DNA of 61,560 bases, filler included, from Hausera hauseri (lineage: Eukaryota): NCBI GenBank assembly GCA_046269625.1. It is 11 parts of 11 records of this genome, joined end to end, with 100 filler letters (N's around TTAATTAATTAA, not from the genome) between each part and the next. Parts side by side here need not be neighbours in the genome. Positions count along the whole stretch, not along the records: positions 1 to 4,260 come from JBJURY010671218.1; positions 4,361 to 9,546 come from JBJURY010313497.1; positions 9,647 to 16,859 come from JBJURY010030448.1; 8 more parts are not named here. One strand, 5' to 3'. Numbering within the stretch: the first letter of the stretch is position 1; each line of letters starts with the position of its first letter. The notes beneath the pieces were generated by a model. It was given only the letters and a program-made list of their open reading frames with translations. It searched no databases and was not told the DNA's origin. The position numbers and the translations under genes are program-made. Below, piece by piece: positions 1-12,500 of this stretch.

Positions 1-3000
1 CTTTATTATACAAAAAGTATAAAGGCGAAGCTATGGCTCAAATGGCCCTCTATTACGCTTAACCTAATTTACAGTATGCTAGATTTTAGAGAAAGAATTA
101 AAATATTAAACAGATATACAAACAAATAAGTAATGAGAAAAAATACATTTTAGAACAAATATTATTGAGATTAGAGTATATATTATGTTGATTTTGAGAT
201 CACATAGCTTCACATTACAAAATTAATGATTAGTAACAATAAAATAAAAATACATAACATTATAAGGAAATTCAGATACAAAAATGTTAACAATATGAAC
301 GTGTTTGCAACGCGAAAAACTTTTTATGTGATACATTACCGCGACTTTATTTTCTTTTCAAAAACGAATAGTAAAGTTATAACAAATCGCGGCGTTAGTT
401 TTTAAATTAAGTAAATATTTTGACAAAATTAAGAGAAGTAGAAGAAGGGAAGAAAATAGAAAAGAAAGGGAAAAGGAAATAGAATAAAAGAAATGAAAAA
501 AAAGTAAAAGGAAAAGAATAAGGAATAGTGAAAAAGTTAAAGACTGCCCTGCAGATCAATTTGAAATCCATTACGCACCAGCTCCAGTGTGTGTCGCTTG
601 AAAGCCCCCTTACTCTCTAACCTCCTAGTTTCAAGAGGAAGAGAGTTCCATACCCTGCAACTGCTCACCGTAAATGAGCGGTTATAAACAGAACTTCTGT
701 GGTGAGGAATACGAAGTGTGAACTCGGATCTTGTTTGGCGGTTTTCAATGAAATCAAATTTTTCCCTTAGGTATCCGGGTGAGTTAGTTTGAAAAATATT
801 AAAAAGCATAAGAAGTAAGTGAACTTTCCTTCTTTGATCAGCTCTTAGCCAAGATAATCGTTCATAGAAAGGAGAAATGTGCTCGTGCCGTCTTAATCCA
901 AAGATAAACCTCACACACGCATTTAGAGCTTTATTAAGCCTATTTGATTGTTCTTGACTTATATCTGTGAGATTTACATCACAGTAGTCGAATAGGGGGA
1001 AAATAAGAGATTGTATAAGAAGCTTACGAATGCCTGTCGGCAGATAGATGTTCAAGCGTTTCAGTGAATGGAGGGCCCGGTATACTTTACAAGAAGTAGC
1101 AACAGTTTGATCGGACCAAGTAAGTTTTTCGTTAATGATAATGCCCAGATTTTTCACTTTCTTGGACCACGGAAGAGGAGTGTTATCTAAAATAAGTTTA
1201 GGAATATTATCGTAATCTATGTTTTGGAGAAACCGAGGGCTTCCAATTATAATAACTTGGGATTTCTTTGGATTGATGATCAGTTGGTGCAATTTAGCCC
1301 AATTCTGAATGTTATGCAAGTCATGATTCATTTCATTTATTGCACGTGGAAGGTCACTTGGTTCACAGTGGCAGTAGATTTGAAAATCATCTGCGAACAA
1401 ATGGTATTTAGTATTGGTAAGAACTGACGGAAGGTAATGTATGTACAGCGTGAATAATAGGGGACCTAGAACGGATCCTTGTGGAACACCATGTGGAACA
1501 GTAAGAGTATTTGATTTCTCAGAACTGCAAGCAACAAATTGTTTTCTATCGCTCAAGTAGGCTTGAAACCACTGAATAGCTTTTGTTGAAAAATTAAGGC
1601 AGTGCATTATATGAAGAAGGTTTGTATGACGAACAGAGTCAAATGCCTTACTAAAGTCTAGTAGCGTGAGTACGGTAAGTTTTCTGGAGTCAACGGCCTC
1701 TCTAATATCATCTGTTACTTTAATAAGAGCAGAACTGGTACTATGGCCTTGTTTGAAACCCGATTGTAGGTTGTCAAGTAGATTATTGTTTCGAAGAAAT
1801 GATAAAACTTGTTTATGTATTATTTTTTCTAATATCTTAGAGATGGCAGAAAGAAGACTAATCGGACGGTAATCAGCAGCGCAGCTAGGCTTTGATACTT
1901 TGGGGAGGGGTTTAACTACAGAGGTTTTCCAAAGTGTTGGAAATGTTCCATTTTGGAGAGAGAAATTAAAAATATGTAGGAGACTAGGCATTATTAGTCT
2001 AAGAAAATCTGGATTTCTAATAAATGAAATAGGGATATTGTCATAACCTTTTGAATTAGATTTACATTTAGATAAGGCTTCAAGAACATCGTCCTCAGAG
2101 ATCAGACTGAAGTCAAATTTAGTGGAGTCATCCAGTGTGGCAGTAGAGGGTGGACTGTATATATATGTATCATTGTAGTTTCCAGAATCAGTATGAGAAG
2201 CAAAACTTTTATTAAGATCATTCAGAGGAACGCATGGTTTGAGGTCGTATGATTTATTTTTCCCTAGGCCTAATTCCTTGATGTTTTTCCAAATGGACTT
2301 TGGATTGTTATCTGAAAATAAAGAATATGTATGCCTGACTTTGGCGTTTCTAATCATAAGTTTGACTTTATTACGAACAGTTTTGTAATAATTGAAGTGA
2401 TCAATAGACTCTGGGTATTTTTTGTGCTTTCGATAGGCAGTATCTCGTTTTTTCATAAGGATTTTTATTTCTTCTGATAGCCATGGCGCAGGAGGCCTTT
2501 TGGATTTAAGTGTTTTAACTGGCGCATGCTTATCGTAGAGGGTAACTATGCTGTTTGTGAAAAACTCCACTTTTTCCGATATAGATTTGATTGAAACAAC
2601 GTTATTCCAAGGGACTTTAACAGCGTCTTCCAAGAAAGTCATTTCATTAAAATGTTTGAAATCTCTAAAAGATACTAATCTAGATTTATGTTTTGGCATC
2701 TTAATTTGAAAGGACAGATAGATTAAATCGTGATGTGATATACCAGGAACAGGAGTCTGGCCGTGTTCCATTATGAGAGTTGGGTCAGAGACAATCATTA
2801 GATCCAGAAGTGTGTGACTTGTAGTGGTATGGTGTGTGGGCTGAAGAGGTAAGATATGGAGCCCCAGAGAAGTGACTATGTTTACAAGCGGAGAGTTATT
2901 AATTCCGTTAAGATTTTCGTTAAAATCTCCCATCAGAATTGAATGTTTAAAGTTTGGTAAGAGTGAGCTTAGCTCATCTTCAATGTCCGAGAGAAATCCT

Positions 3001-3898
3001 ATTTTTGGAGGACGATACGCGACTCCTAAGAGAATGTTTTCAGTTCCGACTCGTACGTCTAAGAACAGAAACTCAGGATGGCCATAGATTTGAGGTGATC
3101 TAAAGATAATTTTAGTGACGAGGTCCTCGCGAACGAATATTCCAACGCCACCTCCTCTGCGATTTTGGCATCTGTCATGACGGAAAAAGTTGAAACCTGG
3201 TATATTTACAAGAGAGGAATTAAGCGATTCTGAAAGCCAAGTTTCTGTAACAAATGCTGCCGTACAATTTGTATTGGAAACAATATTAGAAAATTCATCA
3301 AAGTGGCTCAAAAGTGATTGGACATTAATGTGAATGCAATTAAAGCCAGAGTGGAATTTTTGGAAGGTGACATTTAGATAAGTTCTAGCATCAGTCATAT
3401 TCGGAGTGAGTGGGTCATCAGTCACGGACATATCTAGAACTGTGCTAGTATCACCTACGGGGAGCAGGTCAGGGTCATAGTGGATAGAATCATTATCCAT
3501 AATCCAGGGTAACGTTTGTACTCATAGAGGGGGTTCGGCAACAATCTGACGCGGTGCATAATGCAGAGAATGAAATAAATAAATGGGAATAATAGACGGG
3601 CAGTGAGAATAGATAAGAGGACAAGAAGAGAAGAGATGAAAGGATGAGTGAAAAATTAAACAAGTGTGAAAAGAAAATTAAAAGATTTGTAGGTATATGT
3701 AGGTCCATAGTTCTGCGTCGGTACGCGTGTCCCAGAAAGTATCTTCAGTTGATAATGTGAGTACATGGATTTTTCCGGCCTGGCTTTGTTCTAGTGGTAT
3801 ATCTTTCTTTCGAGGTGGTGTACAGTCAGCGATAGTGGTTGTTGAGAGGTCTTATATTGTAGTGAGATCGAGTGGAGAGTATCTTAAAGATGATAGGT
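1..3898 (-). mobile_element. 5'-truncated LINE including 3' UTR (purine/pyrimidine-skewed tract ~430-536, terminal stem-loop and AATAAA)
   Basis: ORF2 plus 3' end reading GGTTAAGCGTAATAGAGGGCCATTTGAGCCATAGCTTCGCC...AATAAAG on the minus strand; 5' boundary set by the PP1 exon 2 start. Confidence 0.75.
537..3500 (-). CDS. Non-LTR retrotransposon ORF2 (APE endonuclease + reverse transcriptase), L2/Kiri/CR1-group, intact 987 aa
   Basis: APE motifs HINVQSL, VTETWL, YRPP, MGDFN, LDLM, SHHDL; RT motifs YRPISLL, QSGF, LDFSKAFD, GVPQGSVLGPLLF, LFADD, KNLG; uninterrupted ORF. Confidence 0.95.
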   Translation of the reverse strand: MDNDSIHYDPDLLPVGDTSTVLDMSVTDDPLTPNMTDARTYLNVTFQKFHSGFNCIHINVQSLLSHFDEFSNIVSNTNCTAAFVTETWLSESLNSSLVNIPGFNFFRHDRCQNRRGGGVGIFVREDLVTKIIFRSPQIYGHPEFLFLDVRVGTENILLGVAYRPPKIGFLSDIEDELSSLLPNFKHSILMGDFNENLNGINNSPLVNIVTSLGLHILPLQPTHHTTTSHTLLDLMIVSDPTLIMEHGQTPVPGISHHDLIYLSFQIKMPKHKSRLVSFRDFKHFNEMTFLEDAVKVPWNNVVSIKSISEKVEFFTNSIVTLYDKHAPVKTLKSKRPPAPWLSEEIKILMKKRDTAYRKHKKYPESIDHFNYYKTVRNKVKLMIRNAKVRHTYSLFSDNNPKSIWKNIKELGLGKNKSYDLKPCVPLNDLNKSFASHTDSGNYNDTYIYSPPSTATLDDSTKFDFSLISEDDVLEALSKCKSNSKGYDNIPISFIRNPDFLRLIMPSLLHIFNFSLQNGTFPTLWKTSVVKPLPKVSKPSCAADYRPISLLSAISKILEKIIHKQVLSFLRNNNLLDNLQSGFKQGHSTSSALIKVTDDIREAVDSRKLTVLTLLDFSKAFDSVRHTNLLHIMHCLNFSTKAIQWFQAYLSDRKQFVACSSEKSNTLTVPHGVPQGSVLGPLLFTLYIHYLPSVLTNTKYHLFADDFQIYCHCEPSDLPRAINEMNHDLHNIQNWAKLHQLIINPKKSQVIIIGSPRFLQNIDYDNIPKLILDNTPLPWSKKVKNLGIIINEKLTWSDQTVATSCKVYRALHSLKRLNIYLPTGIRKLLIQSLIFPLFDYCDVNLTDISQEQSNRLNKALNACVRFIFGLRRHEHISPFYERLSWLRADQRRKVHLLLMLFNIFQTNSPGYLREKFDFIENRQTRSEFTLRIPHHRSSVYNRSFTVSSCRVWNSLPLETRRLESKGAFKRHTLELVRNGFQIDLQGSL

Positions 3899-3942
3899 AC
3901 AGACTGAAACATTTAAATAAAACATGATTATGTTTTTAGTAC

Positions 3943-3994
3943 CTTCTAAAAGGCGTCTTATTAAATCATCTATGTTTAGTTCATTGTCTGGCAT
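3943..3994 (-). CDS. Exon 1 of a protein phosphatase 1 catalytic subunit-like gene
   Basis: Translates MPDNELNIDDLIRRLLE|G, cf. PP1-beta MADGELNVDSLITRLLE|V; phase-1 GT donor at 3942; acceptor TTTCAG ending 3904 (39-nt intron) restores a Val codon. Confidence 0.8.
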
Positions 3995-4260
3995 TTTGAC
4001 ACTGATTTCTGATTGTTTTTGTAAAATTAATGCTTAAGTAGTGAATTCAAACAATTGTATAAAAACTTACTTCCTGAAATATAAAAAAGTTTGCGACTTT
4101 AATCCGAGATTTTCAGTTTTCAGTGCATTCATACTTGTTCGACAATCTACCAAAATAGAAAATTAATGCGACAATGCGGCAATAATTATTATGGAATATA
4201 CCCAACAAGATATATAATCTCGTACGTTTCTTTTACTAGTATTACGTTTTATGCATCGAT

Positions 4261-4360
4261 NNNNNNNNNNNNNNNNNNNNNNNNNNNNNNNNNNNNNNNN
4301 NNNNTTAATTAATTAANNNNNNNNNNNNNNNNNNNNNNNNNNNNNNNNNNNNNNNNNNNN
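4261..4360. other. Artificial contig linker (N-TTAATTAATTAA-N); same linker at 9547-9646, 16860-16959, 22937-23036, 31021-31120, 35199-35298, 40630-40729, 45180-45279, 53254-53353, 57497-57596
   Basis: Identical 100-nt spacer with six-frame stop core. Confidence 0.99.
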
Positions 4361-6235
4361 ATTTTGGTTTTACGGGTGTCGGCTTAGAATGTAAAGAGAG
4401 GGGAACTGTTAGTATGCATGAAAGGGTCGGGGCTGGTAGACTGGGATATGGAAAAAGGGTGAGTATGCCTGGTGAAGTTATAATGGTCGGGTCGGAAAAT
4501 AATATTGAAGGTAAGCCCTTCTTTCAGGCGGTTGAATGTGTTCGTCAGAAGAAGTCGGTGTCCAAATTGGAAGGTTCGACGGAAGGGAGAGAGGTGATAG
4601 GAGGTGAGGAAATTCGTGGATTTGAATTTACGAAAAATGGGCCCGGCAAGAAATCAAAAGGGAGATGTCTGCTCTGTGATGGATAAGGTTCTAGTGAATA
4701 AAACACATAAAATAAAGAATGATACATGTGAGGATAGAGTCGGTTTGTTACATATTTTCTACATAAAGATTCCACTTATAAGATTACTATTAACATTCTA
4801 CTTTCCTTTGTTATCAAACCTACGCATGTCCATCCTTGTTCTCCATTTCTGCCATAAACGTATTTAGTTGAACGATGCAGTTCTATACAGTTCTCTCCAA
4901 TAATGCCATCCACTTCCAACTTATGTGACATCGTGGTGAGTTTTAGATTCTTTACATGAGTGTACTTTTGTTTCACTGTAGATCAATTTACTGTCCTCCT
5001 CTTTCCAGTCAGATTTTTCATGGTCAACGCTTCGAATGGGACATCTATCGANNNNNNNNNNCAATTTGCTTCCCTCCAACGACCGTAACCGTCTGCCTTT
5101 CTGTCCTCCTGTAAACATCTAATTCGTTACATACATTTGAATCGGTGAAGATCTCTGTGCTTGCGTCATCAAGCAACATTTTTGCTTTTCTCTTTTTTCT
5201 TATTTTATCAACACTTCCATGGTACTCAGAGTTACCATTTCTTCTTATTCGCCCATTTTCTGAGTATGTTGAATTAGGTTCTTACTGGAAAATTTATAAA
5301 ACATTTATACAATGAAAATATTCTAAGATTATTTATATCCTCATTAAAATGAAATGCTATATTTATTAAAATTTTATAAAATTAAAATACAAGCTTATGT
5401 TCATTAATTTTCCATCAAACAAAAATTTGACTTCATTCAACTCATAAACTTCTTTAATTCCGGTTAATATCCCATCAATCACGAATTTACAAAGCTTTAT
5501 GTTTAACTTAGTTTGACAGACATACACAACATTTTTCTCATATGTTGTCTTGGTTTCTAACATAATTACTTTGACCCTACCAATTATCAATTCAAACGCA
5601 CATACGTGCACATTCTTCGCAATTTCCATCAGTATTCGAACACTAGGACAATCAAGAACAACGAAAAAATATATAATTAACAATACCTTTAACTCTGCCC
5701 TATATCACGCATATCTGTCCAAAAGTATCACCGTCATTTTCATCTGTCGCAGCAATCGTCTGACGATAAGATTCCATTCGATCAAATTTATTTCGTTTAT
5801 TGATAACGTAGTCAATCTCAAACAGTTTAATAGCGAAATTAAGAATTGTTCACGATTAATAGATTCATATTCGAGTCGAATAAGTTGGGTATTGGATGGA
5901 ATATGACTGTCCTAAGATTGTGATTTAGGGTTAACTGACGACTTGAGGAAAGTAACCAAATCGGTTTGTGAAAGAACTGTTTGAACTGATGGCGATGATG
6001 GCTGAAACTGAGTTATCTGAGAAATCATCGAAGCTGCTATTTGGTCATCTTGTTGATGAATCGATCATTAAAACTGAGAAATTGGGCCAGGGATATCATC
6101 TGTTACGAACGTTGGTGCTACATATGTTGCAAACGAATTGCTTCTGACCATTACCGACTTCTAAACATATCTTAAATTGAAAATACTGATTAATTTTGCT
6201 GATCGTTCATCTCGTAATCTTTCGCCCAATTCAGC

Positions 6236-9200
6236 GAGTAAAATTCTCGAGGCGAGAGTCGGATCCGACTATAGATCCGACGCGGCGATAACGGACGCCC
6301 GGCCGTGCCCAACCAAAATGGGCCAAAGAGCACCGGCCGCAGTAGGCACAATTTCACCATCCCCGTGACAAGGTTGAAACTATGAAAGAGCAAAATAGAC
6401 AGAAACAAAATTGTCAAACGGAAAAATGTCTGTATCAATTCATCATAGTGTGAACAAGACGTTGGGTGTCCTCTACTGATTTTTCCCTGCTATGCATGCT
6501 AAATGTGACTCTGCGTGTTTTGTTTGTATGCGATTTGTTTGCTTGCAGAGGTTGAAGTTGGGGAAAAATTGTCAGATTTTGTTATGGGTGTTGTGTCGTG
6601 CAAAGACAAGTCGGAAAAAAGGGAAGACGAAAGTGAAGGAGGAAGAGAGATTGTTGAAGACGGGCAGTTGAAGGTGTTCAAGAGAATGTTAGAAGACAAG
6701 GGATTGGAAAAAGACGTCGTGGCGGATGAAAAAGGAGGGACGGAAATTGGAGTAGGGATTGGAATTGTATTAGGCGAAAGAGTAGAAGTAAAAAGTGAAA
6801 CAGAGGTAGTGGTAGATATAGCAACAGAAACAGGGGTAGAAGTGAAAAGTGAAGAAAATGATGAAGTAGAACTAGGAGCAGAAGGAGGAGGTGAAACAGG
6901 TGTAGTAACAGATATAGGAACAGCAGGAAGTGCATCAGTGAGAAAAGGGGTCAACGTGTCGATTGGCAAAGTGTCGTCGACGTAAAAGGCAGGCTTTAAG
7001 TTAGTAATATGCACTGTAAGTTCTTTGTCCTCTTTAGAAATAATAGCATTGTGCGAAAGTAGATATAACAGTTTATAGGGCCCCAGATACCGCGGCTGAA
7101 AACCGCTCGGTGTTTGATTCTTTAGCCCTACGATTTTTGCCGAATACAAGTTTTCTGGTAAATATGTTTTGTCTTTGTGAAGTAACCTGCACAATGAATC
7201 TCTGCTCACCGTAATAAAGTGATTTTGCGCTGCCCGTATCGCTTTATCTGTAGGTGTGTCATTCAAGGCGGTTAGTTCGAATAAGGATCATAGAAGCGTT
7301 CCGAATAATGCTTCGGTAGGCGAGCATCCTTTAGAAGCAGACGGAGTGTTCCGCCAGCCATGCAGAACAAACGGAAGAAGGTTCGTCCAAATAGTATTGG
7401 ACTCTTCAAGGATTCTTAGTGACGTTTTCAATATTCGGTGGAAGCGTTTTAAGATGCCATTCGATTGGGGATGGTAAGGCGTAGTATCTATGTGATGGAT
7501 CCCCAATCGGTTAACAAGGGATTTGAAGAGGTTGGATTCAAACTGTGGACCCTTGTCCGTGATGGTCAACCGAGGTGATCCAAACCTGCTAATCCATGTA
7601 CGGATGAAAACGTCAGCTGTGATGTCCGTATTTGTGCTCCGCAGAGGGATGGATTCTGGCCATCGCGAGGAACGGTCCATCATGGTGAGAATGAATTGAT
7701 GACCGTTATCTGGAGGAAGAGGTCCTACGATGTCAATGTGCATGGATTCGAAACTCTATGTGCTAAGAAAGTGGAATAGTGGTGGCCTTAAATGCTTAGT
7801 CGTTTTGTATTTTTGGCAAGCCACACACTCCTTCACCCATGTCTGCACATCGGAACGCATTGACGGCCAAATTACTTGTAGGAGGGGTAAACGAAAAGTG
7901 GCTTTAGCACCATGGTGGTGTAGCGAATGTACGCTATTAAGTGCCTTCCTTTCCAATTATGGTGCGAAAATGATTATGGAATGACCTGGTTTGGAAGTGT
8001 CTAAAGCCACGCCATCAAAGATTTTGCAAGACTTGAAAGAATTAAGCATGTCTTGAGGTGCCGGGTTCTGTTGAAGTTGAGCTTGCGTAAAAATCGGTGA
8101 AAAATTAATCGAACTAACCGATCTAGATAAAAAATCGGCAACCAAATTATTAACCCCATTAATATGTTTTATGTCGAAGTTAAATGTCGATAAGTATGAT
8201 ATCTGTCGTTCTTGGCGTGTGGAAGGATGTTTCATAGCCATGATGTTAAGTAAGGACTTGTGATCTGTTTGCATAGTAAAATGGCGAGAGACAAGTAGGT
8301 GGGAGAAATGCTTTAGAGCAAGAACGATGGCCAATAATTCTCGATCGAACGTTGAATATCTAGTTTCAGGGGATGTTAGCTTACGAGAAAAAAATTTTAG
8401 CGGTTGATTTTCTTCTTTGTGGATTTGATGAAACACAGCACCTACCGCAGTGGTTGAAGCGTCTGTAGTAAGGATGATTTCCGCGTCAGGCTTGGGGAAA
8501 GCGAAAATTCCGACGGTCTTAATTCCTTCGCGTAGCTTATCAAACTGGTCAACCAAATCAGGTGTCTACTGGATTGAATGGTGTTTTTGCCGCCACTTAA
8601 GTGTGCAAATGTTGTTGCCAATTCAGAACAATATGGTACATATTTTTGTACAAAGTGTAGTGTACCAAGGAAGCTGCACATTTCGGTGGTCGTACGTGGT
8701 AACTGGATATTTTTAAGGGCTTTAACTCGGTCTGGTTGAGGAGAGTTGCCGTGTGGTGAAATAACGTGGCCAAAAGTTAATGCGTTTTTTGAAGAAATGG
8801 CATTTGTCAAAATTGACTTGGAGATTATTGTGGTTAGGCTTTGGAATATTGAGCATAGGTGTTCCTCGTGTTGTTTGGCCGAAGAGGAAACGATCAGAAT
8901 ATCATCAGTTTAGGGGTGCACAAACGGAAGATCTGAAAAAATTGAGTCGATATGTCGCTGAGAAGTCTGTGCGGCATTTCGCAAACCGAATGACATAAAC
9001 AGGAACTCGTAGAGGCCAAAAGAAGCGGTGACACAGTCTTTTTTGAATTGGGGTGCAACTGGTATTTGATGGTATGCTTGGGCCAAATCGATGGTCGAAT
9101 AAATTGCTGTTGAATTAAGGCGATGCAAGATATCCTTGATGAGTGGCAGGGGGTACGCGTTTATAACTGTCACGTTGTTTAACTGTCGGTAATCACCGCA

Positions 9201-9546
9201 TGGTGTAAAAGTTCCGTCCTTTTTGTACATGTAAATGTGACGACCAAGGAGATTTGGGACGGCGTAAAATGTCGGAGCGTCCTAGTTCAAGAAATTCGGC
9301 TTTTACGGCGTGAATACGACGAGGTGACAGTGGTCATACCTTTTGGCTTATTGGTTGTTGATGCTGTATAATTATATGATGTACAGTGATGTTTTCAGGG
9401 TTAAACGTACGATCTTTTTTGAGTATTTGTTGACATCATATGTTGACAAATTACTGTAAAGTTGTAGGCAATTGTGAGAGATTTGGTGATGATTGTGAAA
9501 TAATTTGAGTAGTAGCGGATGCAATTTATGAATTGTTTGCTTATGT
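6236..9546 (-). mobile_element. Degenerate CsRn1-like Gypsy, pol half (RT, RNase H, integrase, S/T/P-rich tail, PPT, terminal structured block)
   Basis: CGDYRQLN, IDLAQAYHQIPV, FGLRNAAQT, TTDAS, YSTFDRELLA, NLVADFLSR, HIDIVGPLP, YHPQSNG, LGPY; many stops and frameshifts. Confidence 0.92.
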
Positions 9547-12500
9547 NNNNNNNNNNNNNNNNNNNNNNNNNNNNNNNNNNNNNNNNNNNNTTAATTAATT
9601 AANNNNNNNNNNNNNNNNNNNNNNNNNNNNNNNNNNNNNNNNNNNNACTTTTTGAATGATATCTTTCGTTGGTATATCTAATAAAATATGACATTTGTAG
9701 TTTCAGAGTGAAAACAGAAATTTTAAATAATGCCATCAAAAGCAAAAAACATACATAACAACGAGAATAGATTTATTCTTTTAACTGCCAAAAATCGTTA
9801 TTCATTATATTCATATATACGATCAACTATGAATATTTTTTTACATCTGATTGACAATTATGACTTCTTGATATCCTGAATATTCCTTGGTTGTGCATTC
9901 TTTGAGATGTAATAAGTGCAGGAAATTCGAAGGGTTCATGTACCCGTGATTTTTGAAACATCATTTCCGAATATCTTCTTGAAATCTAATTGTGATAACG
10001 TTTTGGATGAGAAATCTTGAAAATAAATATTAAACAAGATTGTATAATACATGTATATAGAGTATGAGGGTTTCTTTCATAAAATATACTTTTTTCCACC
10101 TTCGTTTGGCGATTAGAATGGTCTATGACAATGCAGGAAAGCTTTTGAAACAAGACTTGAAGATTTGGAGCGAAGGTATGTCATGGAAATGTCATAAGCC
10201 TTCGAGTGTTTGAATGCATCTGCTTCTTGATCACTCAGTTACTTATTTGATAAGATTTATTTGACCTTTGTCTTCAGTATTTTAATGTTGCGTCCGAATA
10301 CAAAGAAATCGTTCTTTTGGAAATTGGGTCATTGTGTAAAATGTCGAATAGAGATCTATAAATCTGGATTGTTGTAGTCCGGGTCTAATATTCTGGCACG
10401 ATGAGATAAAAGCGACAAAAGCGTATCAACTCTGTTGGCAAATACAAAACAAATAAAAACAAATGAGAAAACAGTAATAGTGTATTTACAGGTCGTTTAC
10501 GACTTTTTGTTGGGCACAACATCACCCGCCCCTCCCCGTGACAAAGCGACGACTAGAGAGGTAAGAACGTAGAAAATGTGTGAAAACGGTGTAGGCTGTC
10601 TAAGTGGCCTTTGTGTGAATAAGACGTTGTATTCCTGGAGTATTATTCTCCTTACTGTAAGTACTAAATGTGACAAATTTGCGATTTTTCAGTGTCATTG
10701 AATCTGGTTGATGAGTTTATGGAGGTAATAAAATGTCGGATGTCGTGGTATAAGGTGTTGTGTCGTTGAAGGACGAAGAAGGAGCTTGAGAAGGAGATGC
10801 AGGAGAAAAAGAATGACAAGTTTTAAAGTTAAGAGAAGGGGGTTTAAGAGTAGGGTCTGGTAAAAGAGTAGGAATAGGTATCGGAACAAAAGGCGGTGCA
10901 GGAGTTGTAGGAACTGCAAGGGGAAAAGGCGGAGGAGACAGAAAGGAGGTAGAAGATTCAAATTCGGGGGTATCGTCTACGAAAAAGACAGGTTTGGCGT
11001 TGGTGATATGCACCGAGAGTTCCTTACCGTCTTTAAAAATAATGGCATCGTGGGAGTGTAATTGGACAAGTTTGTAAGGTCCCAAATACCGCGGTTGAAA
11101 ACCGCACGGCATTTAATTTTTTAGCCAAACGAATTTTGCTGAATACAAGTCTTCAGGTAAATATGTTTTGTCTTTGTGAAGTAACCTGCAGAACGAGTCT
11201 TTACTGATCGTGACAATGTGATTTTGCGCTGCCCGTATAGTTTCATCTGTAGGGGTGTCGTCAAGGGCAGTAAGTTCGAATAATAATTGTACAGGAGCAC
11301 CGAATAAGGCTTAAGTGGGTGAATAGCCGGTAGAAGTAGACGGAGTGATCCGCCAGCCAAGCAGAACAAATGGAAGAAGATTCGTTCAACTAGTGCTTTA
11401 CTCGGCAAGGATTCGTAGTGGCGTTTTCAATATTCAGTGGAAACGTTGTAAAAGGTCATTCGGTTGGGGGTGATAAGGAGTAGTATGTGTGTGCTGGATC
11501 CCCAATCGGTTAACAAGGGATTTGAACAGGTTGGATTCAAACTGTGAACCCTGGTCCGTCATGATAAAGTAAGGTGATCCAAGCCTGATAATCCATGTAC
11601 GAATGAAAATGTCAGCTACGGTGTCGGTATTTGTGCTCCGCAGAGGGATGGCTTCTGGCCATTACGATCCATCATATTGAGAATGAATTTGTGACTGTTA
11701 TCTGGAAGAAGAGAGCCGACGATATCAGTATGCATGGATTCGAAACGCGATGTGCATGGAAAGTGGAATAGTGGTGGCTTTAAATGTTTAGTTGTTTTGT
11801 AATTTTGGCAGGCCACACACTCCTTAACTCAGGTTTGCACGTCGGAACGCATTGACGGCCGAACTACTTGTCGGTGGAGTAAATGAAAAGTGGCTTTAGC
11901 GCCAGGGTAGTGTAGCGAATGTACGCTATTTAATGCTTGCCTTTGCAATGATGATGCAAAAATTATTACGGAATGACCTGGTTTGGAAGTGTCTAAAGCC
12001 ACGCCGTCAACAATTGTGCAAGATTTAAAAGAATGAAGCATGTCCTGAGGTGGCTGGTTCTGTTGAAGTTGTACTTGAGTGAAGATTGGTAAAAAATGAA
12101 TCGAACCAACCGTCCTAGATAAGAAATCGGCAACCAAATTATTAACCCCGTTAATATGTTTTATGTCAAAGTTGAATGTCGATAAATATGATATCTGTCA
12201 TTCTTGGCGTGAGGAAGGATGTTTCATAGCTATGGGTTTAAGCAAGGGTTTGTGATCGGTTTGTATGGTAAAATGATGAGCGACAAGTAGATGGGAGAAA
12301 TGCTTTAAAGCGAGAACGAAGGCCAATAATTCTTGATCAAACGTTGAATATTTAGTTTCAGGAGATGTTAGCTTACGAGCGAAAAATTCTAGCGGGTGAT
12401 TTCCTCCCTTGTGAATTTAGTGAAGCACAGCACTGTCCGTAGTGGTTGAAGCGTCTGTAGTAAGGATGAGTTCCGCATCAGGCTTAGGAAAAGCGAGAAT

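Noticed and set aside
4305-4316. Regularly recurring TTAATTAATTAA palindrome
   Set aside because: Assembly spacer within N runs; adjacency across linkers has no biological meaning
6515-6985. Glu/Val/Gly-rich plus-strand ORFs (also 24552-24974)
   Set aside because: Antisense shadow of the pyrimidine-rich integrase tail
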